Source of the DNA: a bacterium | GTDB taxonomy: Bacteria > JAAXHH01 | Direction: 5' to 3' | DNA length: 64,000 nt | Assembly (NCBI GenBank): GCA_965248395.1 | Contig: OZ252103.1 | Location: 3,222,876-3,286,875, forward strand | Part shown: in pieces, positions 10,827 through 19,867 of the stretch | Numbering within the stretch: the first letter of the stretch is position 1 | How the letters are laid out: each line of letters begins with the position of its first letter | Translations under genes and position numbers: made by a program | The notes under the pieces: model-generated | Database searches by the model: none | Seen by the model: only the letters and a program-made list of their open reading frames with translations | Told to the model about the DNA's origin: nothing

Positions 10827-11338
10827 GAGCCAAACACCTCCTCAAATTTATCCTGCTCCAGGACCGTGATGCTGAACCGGTCGATGGCGCCCAACTGAAG
10901 TTCGTCCATGACGTTGACCATCTGCTCGTAGGGACTCGTGCGCTGGATCATGACCAGAGTCACAAGCTTGGACTCGCCGTCATGTTCCTCGGCGTTCTCC
11001 TCTTCCTTCTCCTTGATGAATTCCTGGATGTCCGCCAGTTCAAGCATTTCCGGCGTCATGTCCCGGCCGATCTGCCAGAACATGCGGTCGTCATCCAGCA
11101 TGTAGACCAACAGCACGTTCGATTCCGCGATCTCGACCTTGTCATCCTTGTCGGGCGGAATGTTGAGTTCCATGGTCTGCGGCGCTCTGAATACCGTGGT
11201 AACCATGAAGAAAATGAGCAGAAGGAAAGCGATGTCCACCATGGGCGTCATGTCGATGTTGATGGGCCCACGCTTCTTTTTCTTGCCACCTGCCTGTTTT
11301 CTGTCGCTGGCTTTCTCAGCGCCTTGGACAGCTGCCAT
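10823..11338 (-). CDS. exbD: biopolymer transporter ExbD
   Basis: IDMTPMVDIAFLLLIFFMVTT. Confidence 0.92.
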   Translation of the reverse strand: MAAVQGAEKASDRKQAGGKKKKRGPINIDMTPMVDIAFLLLIFFMVTTVFRAPQTMELNIPPDKDDKVEIAESNVLLVYMLDDDRMFWQIGRDMTPEMLELADIQEFIKEKEEENAEEHDGESKLVTLVMIQRTSPYEQMVNVMDELQLGAIDRFSITVLEQDKFEEVFGS

Positions 11339-11344
11339 GTGTCA

Positions 11345-11833
11345 TCACCTCCTTACCAGGTTATTGTTGACCGGTCTCAAACTGGTCGGCTCTTCGTCCG
11401 ACGATATATCGAAGTCGTCCTCGAAGTTGGTGACCAGGTTGAAACGGGTGTTGTTCGTTTTCTGGAGGATCTCCATCATGTCGCTGATTACGCCAAACTC
11501 AGCGTTCTTGTGCGCCTTGATGGCGATACGCAACCTCGGGTTTCGTATGCGCGCCTCCACCAGTGCCCTCTCCATCTCAGATATCTCGATCGACACTTCC
11601 GGCTGGGGCTCCAGCCGCCAGAACAACCGGCTCTCGGGTCTCGGACCGACCGTCAGGATCACGACGTCCGATTCAGGAAGCTTGATCACCGAATGCGATT
11701 CCGGAAGCAGAATGGCGATCGATTCGGGTTCCTTGAACTGCGTCGTGGCCATGAAGAAAATGAGCAGCAGGAAGGCGATATCCACCATCGGCGTCATGTC
11801 GATGAATACCGGGGAATGCTTTGAACTCGCCAT
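11345..11833 (-). CDS. exbD: biopolymer transporter ExbD
   Basis: IDMTPMVDIAFLLLIFFMATTQF. Confidence 0.92.
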   Translation of the reverse strand: MASSKHSPVFIDMTPMVDIAFLLLIFFMATTQFKEPESIAILLPESHSVIKLPESDVVILTVGPRPESRLFWRLEPQPEVSIEISEMERALVEARIRNPRLRIAIKAHKNAEFGVISDMMEILQKTNNTRFNLVTNFEDDFDISSDEEPTSLRPVNNNLVRR

Positions 11834-11859
11834 ATCTAAAACTCCTTAACACCGCCCAA

Positions 11860-12576
11860 TTAGGCGCGGCCGGTAAGAATGGCTACGACTTCCTGCGACA
11901 CCTCGTCAGTTGCGTAGGTGAACATGTCCACCTTGTTGACGAAATAGTTGTACGCCACGATACCCATGATAGCCGCGGCCAGTCCGCCCGCCGTGTTGAT
12001 CAGCGCTTCCGAGATACCGAGGGCGAGCTGAATGGCGTCCGGCGCGCCTTCGTTGGCCATGGCGGAAAAGGCACGGATCATACCGATCGTCGTACCGAGC
12101 AGCCCCACCAGAGTGGCGATGGTGGCGATGGTCTGAAGGGCGATAAGGTTACGTTCGAGCAACGGGGTTTCGAGGGCGTTGGCTTCGTCGAAAGCCCGCT
12201 TGATCTCCGCCACCTGCCGGTCGCTCGTCAGGTTCTCATCGTGAATGGTCTGAAACCGCTCGAGACCGGCGCGCAGCACGTTTGCCATGGTACCCTGCTG
12301 CGAATTGCACAGGTTGATAGCCCGGGCGACATCGTTGTTTCGTATCGCGCCCATCGAATCCCTGAGAAAGGCCACCTGCGACCGCTTGCCGCGGGCCTTT
12401 TTCAGCGTCAACGAACGCTCTATGATAAAGGTAATATCCAGCATTGTGAGCACCATGAGGCCGATGACCACGGGTCCGCCGTCCTTCACGAACTGGGGCA
12501 GAAAGTACTCGTATATGATGTAGGAAACGATAAAGCTAAGGACGATGATGATCATGATAAAGGCGCCTGGCCGCAT
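11860..12576 (-). CDS. exbB: MotA/TolQ/ExbB proton channel protein
   Basis: ATLVGLLGTTIGMIRAF, GISEALINTA; AAGGAG RBS before ATG 12576. Confidence 0.93.
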   Translation of the reverse strand: MRPGAFIMIIIVLSFIVSYIIYEYFLPQFVKDGGPVVIGLMVLTMLDITFIIERSLTLKKARGKRSQVAFLRDSMGAIRNNDVARAINLCNSQQGTMANVLRAGLERFQTIHDENLTSDRQVAEIKRAFDEANALETPLLERNLIALQTIATIATLVGLLGTTIGMIRAFSAMANEGAPDAIQLALGISEALINTAGGLAAAIMGIVAYNYFVNKVDMFTYATDEVSQEVVAILTGRA

Positions 12577-12844
12577 ATCAATTCTCCTTGACTTTGTTCT
12601 GTTGCGATAGTGAATGAAAACCTGAACAATCATCTCACAGTGAAATAATCCCTGCCAGATAAACCTGGTATTGCCGAATCGTAACGAGTCCTTTTTACGT
12701 CGGCGGGACAAACGCCTTCCTTTACCACCACCTTTCCATCCGTGTCCTGTGTTTGTTGCCTGTAAACACGCTCATGCTATGTGTTTTCTGTATGCTGATC
12801 AACTCCGTTTACTGTCGTTCTGTCAGTTACGCTTACACGCCATT

Positions 12845-14833
12845 TCAGCGGCCCTGCATCTGCTCGTAGATCTCCCGAACAGTGTTCAACTGTTCCCGCG
12901 CCTTGCCGTTATTCGGATCAAGCTTCAGGCATTCCCGGTAGTGGCGGATCGCCGGGGCGAGTTGCTGCGAGTTCGTATAGGACTGGGCGAGTAATAGATG
13001 ATAGGAAGCGTTGTCGGGCTTCAACTCCACGGCTTTTCGCAGTCGACCGATGGCGCCGGCCCAATCCTCTTTCAAAACCCGGTCGAATCCGAGACGGTAA
13101 TAAGCGTCGTGGTCCGAAGGATCGATTTCAAGCACGCGCTGAAACGTCGTGCGTGCATTGGAATAGTCCTCCAGGATCAGGTAGGCCATACCCAGGTATT
13201 TCAGGGGCTGAAGGATGGACTTGGGATCCTTTTCGCCCTCTTCGGCCCGCAGGTTGAGTACCTGGATCAGGGCGTCCCTGGCCACCGCGCCGTCGTTGGC
13301 CACCAGGCCGGCGATACCCATGTTCAGGAAGGCCGTGTAAGACGTGCTGTCGTGGGCGACCTTTGCCCGGTACATGTCCAGAGAAGCGGCGTATATCTCC
13401 GGTCGCTGGTCCCTCTCCACGTTGCGTGCCTCGCCGTAGAGTTCCCTGCCGAGGTTATAATAAACGTTGCTGAGCGTTATCCTGGCCCGGTCGTCCTCCT
13501 GTACCCGTATTGCGGGTTCAAGCACCATTTTGAGAGCTGTCACGGCCTGTGCGTACTGGCCCTGCTTGATAAAGGAACGGCCGTAGTAGACATAGGGGTT
13601 CTGATCGCTCGGATTGACCCTGATGGCCTCCTCCAGGTACGGTATGGCCTCTCCATACTTTTCCTGGTCGAAGAGAACCAGTGCCAGCTGGATATAGGGT
13701 TTCTCGGACGAGCCGTCCAGTTCAATGGATTTCTTCAGGTTGACGATGCCCTCGTCGTACTGGCCCACCTCAGGCTGTGTCTGTACCCAGCCCAGGCTGA
13801 AATACAGCGCCGCGTTGTCGGCGATCTGCATCAGTGCTTCCTTGTAGGCGTTGACCGCCTCCGTGTACATGCCTTCCGCAACCAGTCCGTCACCCATGGG
13901 CAGATAGGCCTCGGTCTTTCCGGGGTCAAGTTCTACGGTCTTCAGGTAGTGGGGCACGGCCATCTTGATACGCTGGGTCTTATTGAACGACTCGGCCAGC
14001 ATGAAATAGGCCTCGGCGTTGGTCTGGTCCATCGCCACGAATTTTTCCAGCGGTTCGACGACGAGCGGGTACCGTGTGGCGACAAACTGGATGTATCCCT
14101 GTTGGTACCATGCGTCCTTCAGGGTGGGATCGAGTTCCGTCGCTTTCTGGTAACCAGCGTACGATTCGTTCCACTGCCTAGCCTTGAAATGCAACTGGCC
14201 GATCCTGTAATAGGTCATGGCCGCGCTCGGGGAATCGGGTTGCATGGCCAGGGCCTGGCGATAGTAAGTGATGGCCAGTCCCCATACGTTCTGGGCCTCG
14301 TAGACGTCGCCGAGCCCTCTCACGTACAGCGGGTTTTGCGGGTCCACGCCGCTCGCCCTGGTGAAGAGTACCATGGCGCTTTGCAGATCGTCCTGGGCAA
14401 TGGCGAGTTGTCCCTGCGCGTAGAAAAACCGGGCGTCTTTTTCCTTGGTCCGCTTCAGTCCTTCCTTGATCGACTTCTCCGCGTTCTCGAACTGTCCCTT
14501 TTCAATCTGCAGCAGGTTGAGTTCGAAACGGGCGTCGTGGTTCTTCTTCTGCTGATCCACGGCGATGAGGAATTCGGACAGCGCTTCGTCGGTATGCCCC
14601 TGGCGCTTGAGCGCCATGCCGAGCAGGTAATGGGCGTCCGTGTTTTTCTTCCCGTTGCTGAGCACGTCCCGGAGTATGGAAACGGTTTCGTCGTAATTCC
14701 CGCCATCGTAGGCAGCCCGGGCGGCGCCCACGCTCTGCGCTTCCACCTTTAGCGGCGCACCGGACAGCAACAGCACGCCCAGGGCAAGGAAGACGCCGAG
14801 ATAAATCCTACGGTTGACTCCTGCGATCCGCAT
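12845..14833 (-). CDS. exported tetratricopeptide repeat protein
   Basis: Signal peptide (..VEA-Q) then many 34-aa TPR units (AHYLLG, ALxxDP); GGAGG RBS. Confidence 0.9.
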   Translation of the reverse strand: MRIAGVNRRIYLGVFLALGVLLLSGAPLKVEAQSVGAARAAYDGGNYDETVSILRDVLSNGKKNTDAHYLLGMALKRQGHTDEALSEFLIAVDQQKKNHDARFELNLLQIEKGQFENAEKSIKEGLKRTKEKDARFFYAQGQLAIAQDDLQSAMVLFTRASGVDPQNPLYVRGLGDVYEAQNVWGLAITYYRQALAMQPDSPSAAMTYYRIGQLHFKARQWNESYAGYQKATELDPTLKDAWYQQGYIQFVATRYPLVVEPLEKFVAMDQTNAEAYFMLAESFNKTQRIKMAVPHYLKTVELDPGKTEAYLPMGDGLVAEGMYTEAVNAYKEALMQIADNAALYFSLGWVQTQPEVGQYDEGIVNLKKSIELDGSSEKPYIQLALVLFDQEKYGEAIPYLEEAIRVNPSDQNPYVYYGRSFIKQGQYAQAVTALKMVLEPAIRVQEDDRARITLSNVYYNLGRELYGEARNVERDQRPEIYAASLDMYRAKVAHDSTSYTAFLNMGIAGLVANDGAVARDALIQVLNLRAEEGEKDPKSILQPLKYLGMAYLILEDYSNARTTFQRVLEIDPSDHDAYYRLGFDRVLKEDWAGAIGRLRKAVELKPDNASYHLLLAQSYTNSQQLAPAIRHYRECLKLDPNNGKAREQLNTVREIYEQMQGR

Positions 14834-14913
14834 GTTCGTTTCCTCCCGTGTTTTTACACTTTCAATCGAAGAAGCCATGCCACCTGCGCGGCACGGTCAT
14901 CTACGGTCGTTTA

Positions 14914-15825
14914 CTAGTCCAGTTTGACCGTCCGAACCGGCATGGTCGCAGGTACAATACCTTCGTCTATGGCGATCTGCTGCCCTTTTACCGCGGTCAG
15001 AAAGGTTACAAAGCCCGATACCAGGTTGACCTCGAAGGACGATTTCTTGAAATAGCACAGCACCAGGGACCGCAGCAGCGGATACTGCCTTTTATGAATC
15101 TTGTCCTGTGTGGGAAGATAAAACCTGGCGCCTTCCTCCTCTCCAACACGGATGATTTTGTAATACCCCATCGTCCTGGGAGACGTCGTCATCAGCACGC
15201 CCGTGATTCCGATTGCGCCTGGATTGCTGCCCGCAGTACCCGTCAGAACGGCCATCGTACTGCAGGGTAATACGCCGGCACCGTATTCCGCGTCACCGAG
15301 CACACGGTTCACGAAGACCTCGTAGGTGCCCGAATTCCGATCCCTGATCAAGGGACGGATACGTATGTCCCTGCCACCCACTTCCCGCCAATTGGTGATC
15401 TTGCCTGTGTAGATGTCTTTAAGCTGCCCCACCGTCAATTCTTCGACCGGATTGTCGCCATGAAGGATGACCGCGAGGGCGTCGTGGGCCACCGTCCGAG
15501 TGACAAACTTGCGTTCACCGGCCGATAGCGCCTCGATCTCCGCCTCGTTCGGTTCGCGGGACATCACCGCCATGCGACTTCGGCCCTCGGCGAGCTCGAC
15601 CAGCGCTTCCCTCGAGGTCGTTCGGCCCACGTCGACGAAGGCTTCGTTGTAGATTTGCTGATACTTTATGGCCGATTTTTCTATGTACGAAAACGCGACC
15701 TCCGCGCTGGATACCTTTATGTAACCCCTGGTGGCGGTTTCTTCAGGTTCGCTGCATCCTGCCGCCAAAAGAAGGCAGGCTATCCCCATCCACGCTATTC
15801 GGATTTGGACTCCGAACCTTTCCAT
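14914..15825 (-). CDS. PstS-like periplasmic binding lipoprotein (PBP2 fold)
   Basis: Lipobox AAGC; VAHDALAVILHGDNPV, IYTGKITNWREVGG, RDRNSGTYEVF, YPLLR. Confidence 0.85.
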   Translation of the reverse strand: MERFGVQIRIAWMGIACLLLAAGCSEPEETATRGYIKVSSAEVAFSYIEKSAIKYQQIYNEAFVDVGRTTSREALVELAEGRSRMAVMSREPNEAEIEALSAGERKFVTRTVAHDALAVILHGDNPVEELTVGQLKDIYTGKITNWREVGGRDIRIRPLIRDRNSGTYEVFVNRVLGDAEYGAGVLPCSTMAVLTGTAGSNPGAIGITGVLMTTSPRTMGYYKIIRVGEEEGARFYLPTQDKIHKRQYPLLRSLVLCYFKKSSFEVNLVSGFVTFLTAVKGQQIAIDEGIVPATMPVRTVKLD

Positions 15826-16058
15826 GAATCATCCTCTAAGATCGAGCGGGTCTCCCGCGCCCTCTTTTCCCCGTAGTAGGTGGTAAAGAAACGGAAAATC
15901 CCGTATAGTATGAGTACGCTGCCGAAAACCAGCCTCAACTGTTCCGTCTGTATGTAGATCCGCAGGAGGTTGCCGGTCAGAACCAGCACGCCGGAAACGA
16001 GCATAACCGTCGCAACCAGGTAGCCGAGGGACTGACGAAAAGACGTGATACGAATCAT
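15795..16058 (-). CDS. small two-TM membrane protein
   Basis: 87 aa, two hydrophobic segments, YGIFR motif, overlaps the start of the PstS-like gene. Confidence 0.65.
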   Translation of the reverse strand: MIRITSFRQSLGYLVATVMLVSGVLVLTGNLLRIYIQTEQLRLVFGSVLILYGIFRFFTTYYGEKRARETRSILEDDSWKGSESKSE

Positions 16059-16245
16059 ACGCGGGCGAGACGGAATCCAATGTGCGGGCGCTACCGGGCA
16101 TTTTCGTTCATAGCTTCACCGCAGAGTACGATAGACGAAACCGCCTTGTCCAGCCCTGTACGGCAACGACTTCGATCCATCAGCGGCCAAGCAGGGAAAT
16201 GCAGGATTCCAAGGGTCGCGGTTTCCCAAAGTTTTCGATTGTAAC

Positions 16246-16274
16246 TAAATAAAGGTGGCAATCCTTTTTGTCAA
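16246..16274 (-). promoter_or_regulatory. candidate sigma70 promoter of the PstS-TPR-ExbBD-TonB operon
   Basis: Minus strand TTGACA-17 bp-TATTTA in an AT-rich patch. Confidence 0.4.
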
Positions 16275-16392
16275 GAAAAACTTATGGGCTCCGTTCGCTC
16301 GTAGGGTGACAGGAAAATGACGATTCCGTGAATGTTACAGCTCTCGAATCGATGCCCGGACAAGCCTTTGTTCAGCCCGACACCGATGGTGT

Positions 16393-16833
16393 TCATCGCG
16401 CCTGGTCGTCCGCGCATTTTTCACACAGTTCGATCAGCACGCCGTGTGCGCTCCGGGGGTGAACAAAGGCAACCCGTACACCGCCGGCCCCGGTACGCGG
16501 TTTTTCATCTATAAGCCGGAATCCCCGCTCGCGCAGGATCTCCAGCGTTTCCCCTACGTCGTCGACTTCGAAGGCCACGTGATGAATGCCCTCGCCGCGC
16601 TTTTCGATGAAGCGGGCCACCGGGCTCTGGGGATCCGTCGCCTCCAGGAGCTCTACCTCGGTATCGCCGATGGGCAGAAAGGCCACGGTTACGCGGTCGC
16701 TCTCGACGGTTTCCCGGCCGTGCAGGGGCAACCCGAGAGCGTCGTGGTAGAGACGAAGCGCTTCGTCCAGGTCCCGCACCGCGATCCCGATGTGTGCGAT
16801 GCGCGCGGTCTTGCGCGGATGTTCCGTAGACAT
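16393..16833 (-). CDS. mce: methylmalonyl-CoA epimerase
   Basis: IAHIGIAV, EVELLE, RGEGIHHVAFEV, GVLIELCE; next to the mutase. Confidence 0.93.
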   Translation of the reverse strand: MSTEHPRKTARIAHIGIAVRDLDEALRLYHDALGLPLHGRETVESDRVTVAFLPIGDTEVELLEATDPQSPVARFIEKRGEGIHHVAFEVDDVGETLEILRERGFRLIDEKPRTGAGGVRVAFVHPRSAHGVLIELCEKCADDQAR

Positions 16834-16908
16834 GGAAACGGGTTTCTCCTACTAGGGGTTGATACGCTCGTAATATTGTATGCTCAATGGGTCGTAATGC
16901 TTCTGGTG

Positions 16909-18582
16909 TCAGAAACGCTCGGGTCTTTGATATTCGCCGAAAACGCCGCGAAGCGTATCACAGATCTCGCCCAGCGTCGCCCGCTTGCGCACCGCTTCGA
17001 TGATCAGCGGCATCAGGTTGGTCTCGGTCCGGGACGCGGCTTCCAGTGCCCGCAGCGCCTTCGCCGAGGCCTGCCCATCCCGCGCATGCCTGAATGCACG
17101 GGCCCGTTCGACCTGGCGGCCCTCGATCGCGGGGTCAATGGGAAAAGGAGCCGGGCCCTCCTCCTCGGCGTCGGTAAAGCGGTTTACCCCCACGATGACC
17201 TGTTCTTCTTGCTCGACGGCCATCTGGTACGCGTAGGCGCTCCGGCTGATCTCTTCCTGGGGATAGCCCGCCTCGATGGCCCCGAGGGCGCCGCCCAATT
17301 CGTCGATGCGTTCCAGGTATGCCAACGCAGCCTTTTCAATCTCACATGTAAGGGACTCGACGAAGTAGGATCCGGCAAAGGGATCCACCGCGTCAGTCAC
17401 CCCGGTTTCGTATGCGATGACCTGCTGCGTGCGCAGGGCGAGGGTCGCCGCCGATTCGGAGGGCAGTGCAAGCGCCTCGTCGAGACTGTTGGTGTGGAGG
17501 GACTGCGTTCCACCGCACACCGCGGCAAGGGCCTGCAGCGCCACCCGGACGACGTTGTTCTCCGGCTGCTGCGCGGTCAGCGTCGATCCGCCGGTCTGGG
17601 TATGAAACCGAAGCTGCCAGGACCGGGGATTCCTCGCGCCTATCCGTTCCCGCATGAGCCGGGCCCAGAGCCTCCGGGCCGCGCGGAACTTGGCCACCTC
17701 TTCGAAGAACTGGTTGTGGGCGTTGAAGAAGAAGGAAAGCTGGGGGGCGAAAGCGTCCACGTCGACCCCCGCGTCCATGACCGCCTTCACGTATCCCAGG
17801 CCGTTGGCCAGGGTGAAGGCGACCTCCTGCACCGCGGTGGCCCCTGCTTCACGGATGTGGTAGCCGCTGATGCTGATGGGGTTCCACTTCGGCATGCAGT
17901 CGGCGCAGTACCGGATCAAGTCGGTGGCCAGGCGCAGGGAGGGACCCGGCGGATAGATGAACGTGCCCCTTGCGATGTATTCCTTCAGGATGTCGTTCTG
18001 CACCGTGCCCGCGAGACGATCCATCGGGACGCCGCGCTCCTCGGCCACGGCCGCGTAGAGCGCCACCAGGATCGTGGCCGTGGCGTTGATGGTGAGCGAC
18101 GTGCTGACGGACTCCTGCGGGATTTCATCGAACAGGGTCCGCATGTCGTCGATGGTGGAGATGGCTACGCCTGTGCGTCCCACCTCGCCGGCCACCATGG
18201 GATGATCGGAATCATAGCCGATCTGGGTAGGCAGGTCGAAGGCCACGGAAAGACCCGTCTGCCCTTGTGACAGCAGGTACCGGTACCGGGCGTTGGTCTC
18301 TTCGGCCGAACCGAATCCGGCGTACTGCCGCATGGTCCAGAGCCGGCCCCGGTACATGGTCGAGCGAATGCCCCGGGTATACGGGTATTGCCCGGGGGTC
18401 CCGATATCGGTTTCCGGATCGATGTTGGCCGTGTCTTCGGGGGTGTACAATCTTTGCACGGGGATGCCCGAACCGGTTTCGAACCGTTCCCGGCGTTCGG
18501 GCATGCGTTCCAGGGCTGGCCCCAGCTTCTCTTCTTCCCAGGTCTTACGGGCTTTTTTAATAGTGTCCTTACCAGGATTCAT
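16909..18582 (-). CDS. methylmalonyl-CoA mutase, substrate-binding subunit (split type, no B12-binding domain)
   Basis: [15 protein letters not shown] (Tyr favours methylmalonyl specificity), [38 protein letters not shown]. Confidence 0.93.
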   Translation of the reverse strand: MNPGKDTIKKARKTWEEEKLGPALERMPERRERFETGSGIPVQRLYTPEDTANIDPETDIGTPGQYPYTRGIRSTMYRGRLWTMRQYAGFGSAEETNARYRYLLSQGQTGLSVAFDLPTQIGYDSDHPMVAGEVGRTGVAISTIDDMRTLFDEIPQESVSTSLTINATATILVALYAAVAEERGVPMDRLAGTVQNDILKEYIARGTFIYPPGPSLRLATDLIRYCADCMPKWNPISISGYHIREAGATAVQEVAFTLANGLGYVKAVMDAGVDVDAFAPQLSFFFNAHNQFFEEVAKFRAARRLWARLMRERIGARNPRSWQLRFHTQTGGSTLTAQQPENNVVRVALQALAAVCGGTQSLHTNSLDEALALPSESAATLALRTQQVIAYETGVTDAVDPFAGSYFVESLTCEIEKAALAYLERIDELGGALGAIEAGYPQEEISRSAYAYQMAVEQEEQVIVGVNRFTDAEEEGPAPFPIDPAIEGRQVERARAFRHARDGQASAKALRALEAASRTETNLMPLIIEAVRKRATLGEICDTLRGVFGEYQRPERF

Positions 18583-18691
18583 GACAGGGGATCCCGCGGT
18601 CTACATGTAGATGAGGTAACTAACAAGGCTTACAATCTACACTGGAATCACCGCAGGTCAACGAGTTTGGGAATCGTGTTTGAGGTAAGGA

Positions 18692-18979
18692 TTACCGAGC
18701 CCGACCGTTCAGAAGAATCTCTTTGATTTCCGAAACGTCCGTCTTCAACTCGGACACATCCGTCTTCAACTCGGACACATCCGTCTTCAACTCGGACACG
18801 TCCGTCTTCAACTCGGACACGTCCGTCTTCAACTCGGACACGTCCGTCTCCAACCGACAAAGACGTTCATCCGTGCATTTGTGGTATCGATCGATCTTTT
18901 TGTCAATATGGACGATCTTGGACGCCATCTCTCGACTATAGGTTTCTACCGTCCGGATGACGTCCTGGTTGGTTGGCAT
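18692..18979 (-). CDS. small coiled-coil protein with (TDVSELK)n heptad repeats
   Basis: GAGGAG RBS before ATG 18979; in-frame 21-bp repeats. Confidence 0.75.
   Translation of the reverse strand: MPTNQDVIRTVETYSREMASKIVHIDKKIDRYHKCTDERLCRLETDVSELKTDVSELKTDVSELKTDVSELKTDVSELKTDVSEIKEILLNGRAR
18738..18854. repeat. 21-bp tandem repeat, 5 full copies plus a partial copy
   Basis: Unit TCCGTCTTCAACTCGGACACR starting at 18738, 18759, 18780, 18801, 18822. Confidence 0.97.
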
Positions 18980-19168
18980 GGATATCTCCTCGGTGGACTT
19001 GTCCACACGGCCGGAATCCCGTCGCTTACCCTGATTCTACCAACCGACCGCAAAGCCGATTCGGTGGGCGGGCGGAATCCATCTAAAACATCAGTCGAAA
19101 TCGAAACTGAATTCTCGTACCCGAGTAAGGATTTAGAAGTCGACCTGGGGAAAGTGCCTTCGAGACGA

Positions 19169-19729
19169 CTAATTTCCGGCCAGACCCAGCGCTTCGGCTT
19201 CCTGCTGCATGGCCTCGATGACATTGGCGATATGATCGCCCTGTTCCAGTCCAAGGCTTTCGGCTCCTTCGACGATGTCCTCGCGGGACACGGCACGGGC
19301 GAAGGCCACCGCCTTCATCTTCTTCCGGACGGAACTGACTTTCACCTCTCGCACGCTGCCGGAGGGGCGCACGAGCGCGACGGCGGTGATAAAGCCCACG
19401 AGTTCGTCCACGGCGAAGAGCGTCTTGTCCATCGGGCTGCGTCGTTCGAGGCCCAGGTAGGTGGCGTGTGACTTGATGGCGTAAATTACGTCATCGGGAT
19501 ATCCCTTATCCTCCAGGATTTTCGCCCCGCGCATCGGGTGGTCCTTCGGATCCGGCGTGGCCTCGTAGTCGAAATCATGCAGCAGGCCCACGATGCCCCA
19601 TTTCTCCTCGTCCTCACCGTTTTTCCTGGCGTAGTACCGCATTGCGGCTTCTACGCCCAGGGCGTGTTTCCTCAGGCTGTCCGTCTTCGTATGTTCGTGC
19701 AGCAATTCCAGCGCGTCTTCGCGATTCAA
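19169..19729 (-). CDS. HD domain metal-dependent phosphohydrolase
   Basis: LRKHALGVE, GLLHDFDYE, LFAVDELVGFI; TTG start with GGAGG RBS. Confidence 0.9.
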   Translation of the reverse strand: MNREDALELLHEHTKTDSLRKHALGVEAAMRYYARKNGEDEEKWGIVGLLHDFDYEATPDPKDHPMRGAKILEDKGYPDDVIYAIKSHATYLGLERRSPMDKTLFAVDELVGFITAVALVRPSGSVREVKVSSVRKKMKAVAFARAVSREDIVEGAESLGLEQGDHIANVIEAMQQEAEALGLAGN

Positions 19730-19867
19730 AGCGATTCCCTCCGAGATTGGCGGTCATGCGCTAGGCCGCCCTCTGGCGTGGTAAATTGTAGAAATGGATT
19801 GAGAATGAGTGAGTATGGAGCAAGGCGCCATGGCAGCCCTACCGTACCACGGCGTGGCTGCATGGGA

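Noticed and set aside
12998-14752. Long antisense ORFs (also 16444-18270, 25202-26803, 35411-37252, 41703-43208, 59445-61088)
   Set aside because: They shadow well-supported genes on the opposite strand, carry no motifs, and are expected from high-GC codon bias.
16909-18582. Mutase lacking the cobalamin-binding domain as a pseudogene
   Set aside because: Split two-subunit mutases are common; the ORF is intact with a normal C-terminus.
18738-18854. Possible CRISPR array (also considered for 55418-55531)
   Set aside because: Repeats are contiguous or nearly so with no unique spacers, the first is in-frame coding, and no cas genes are present.
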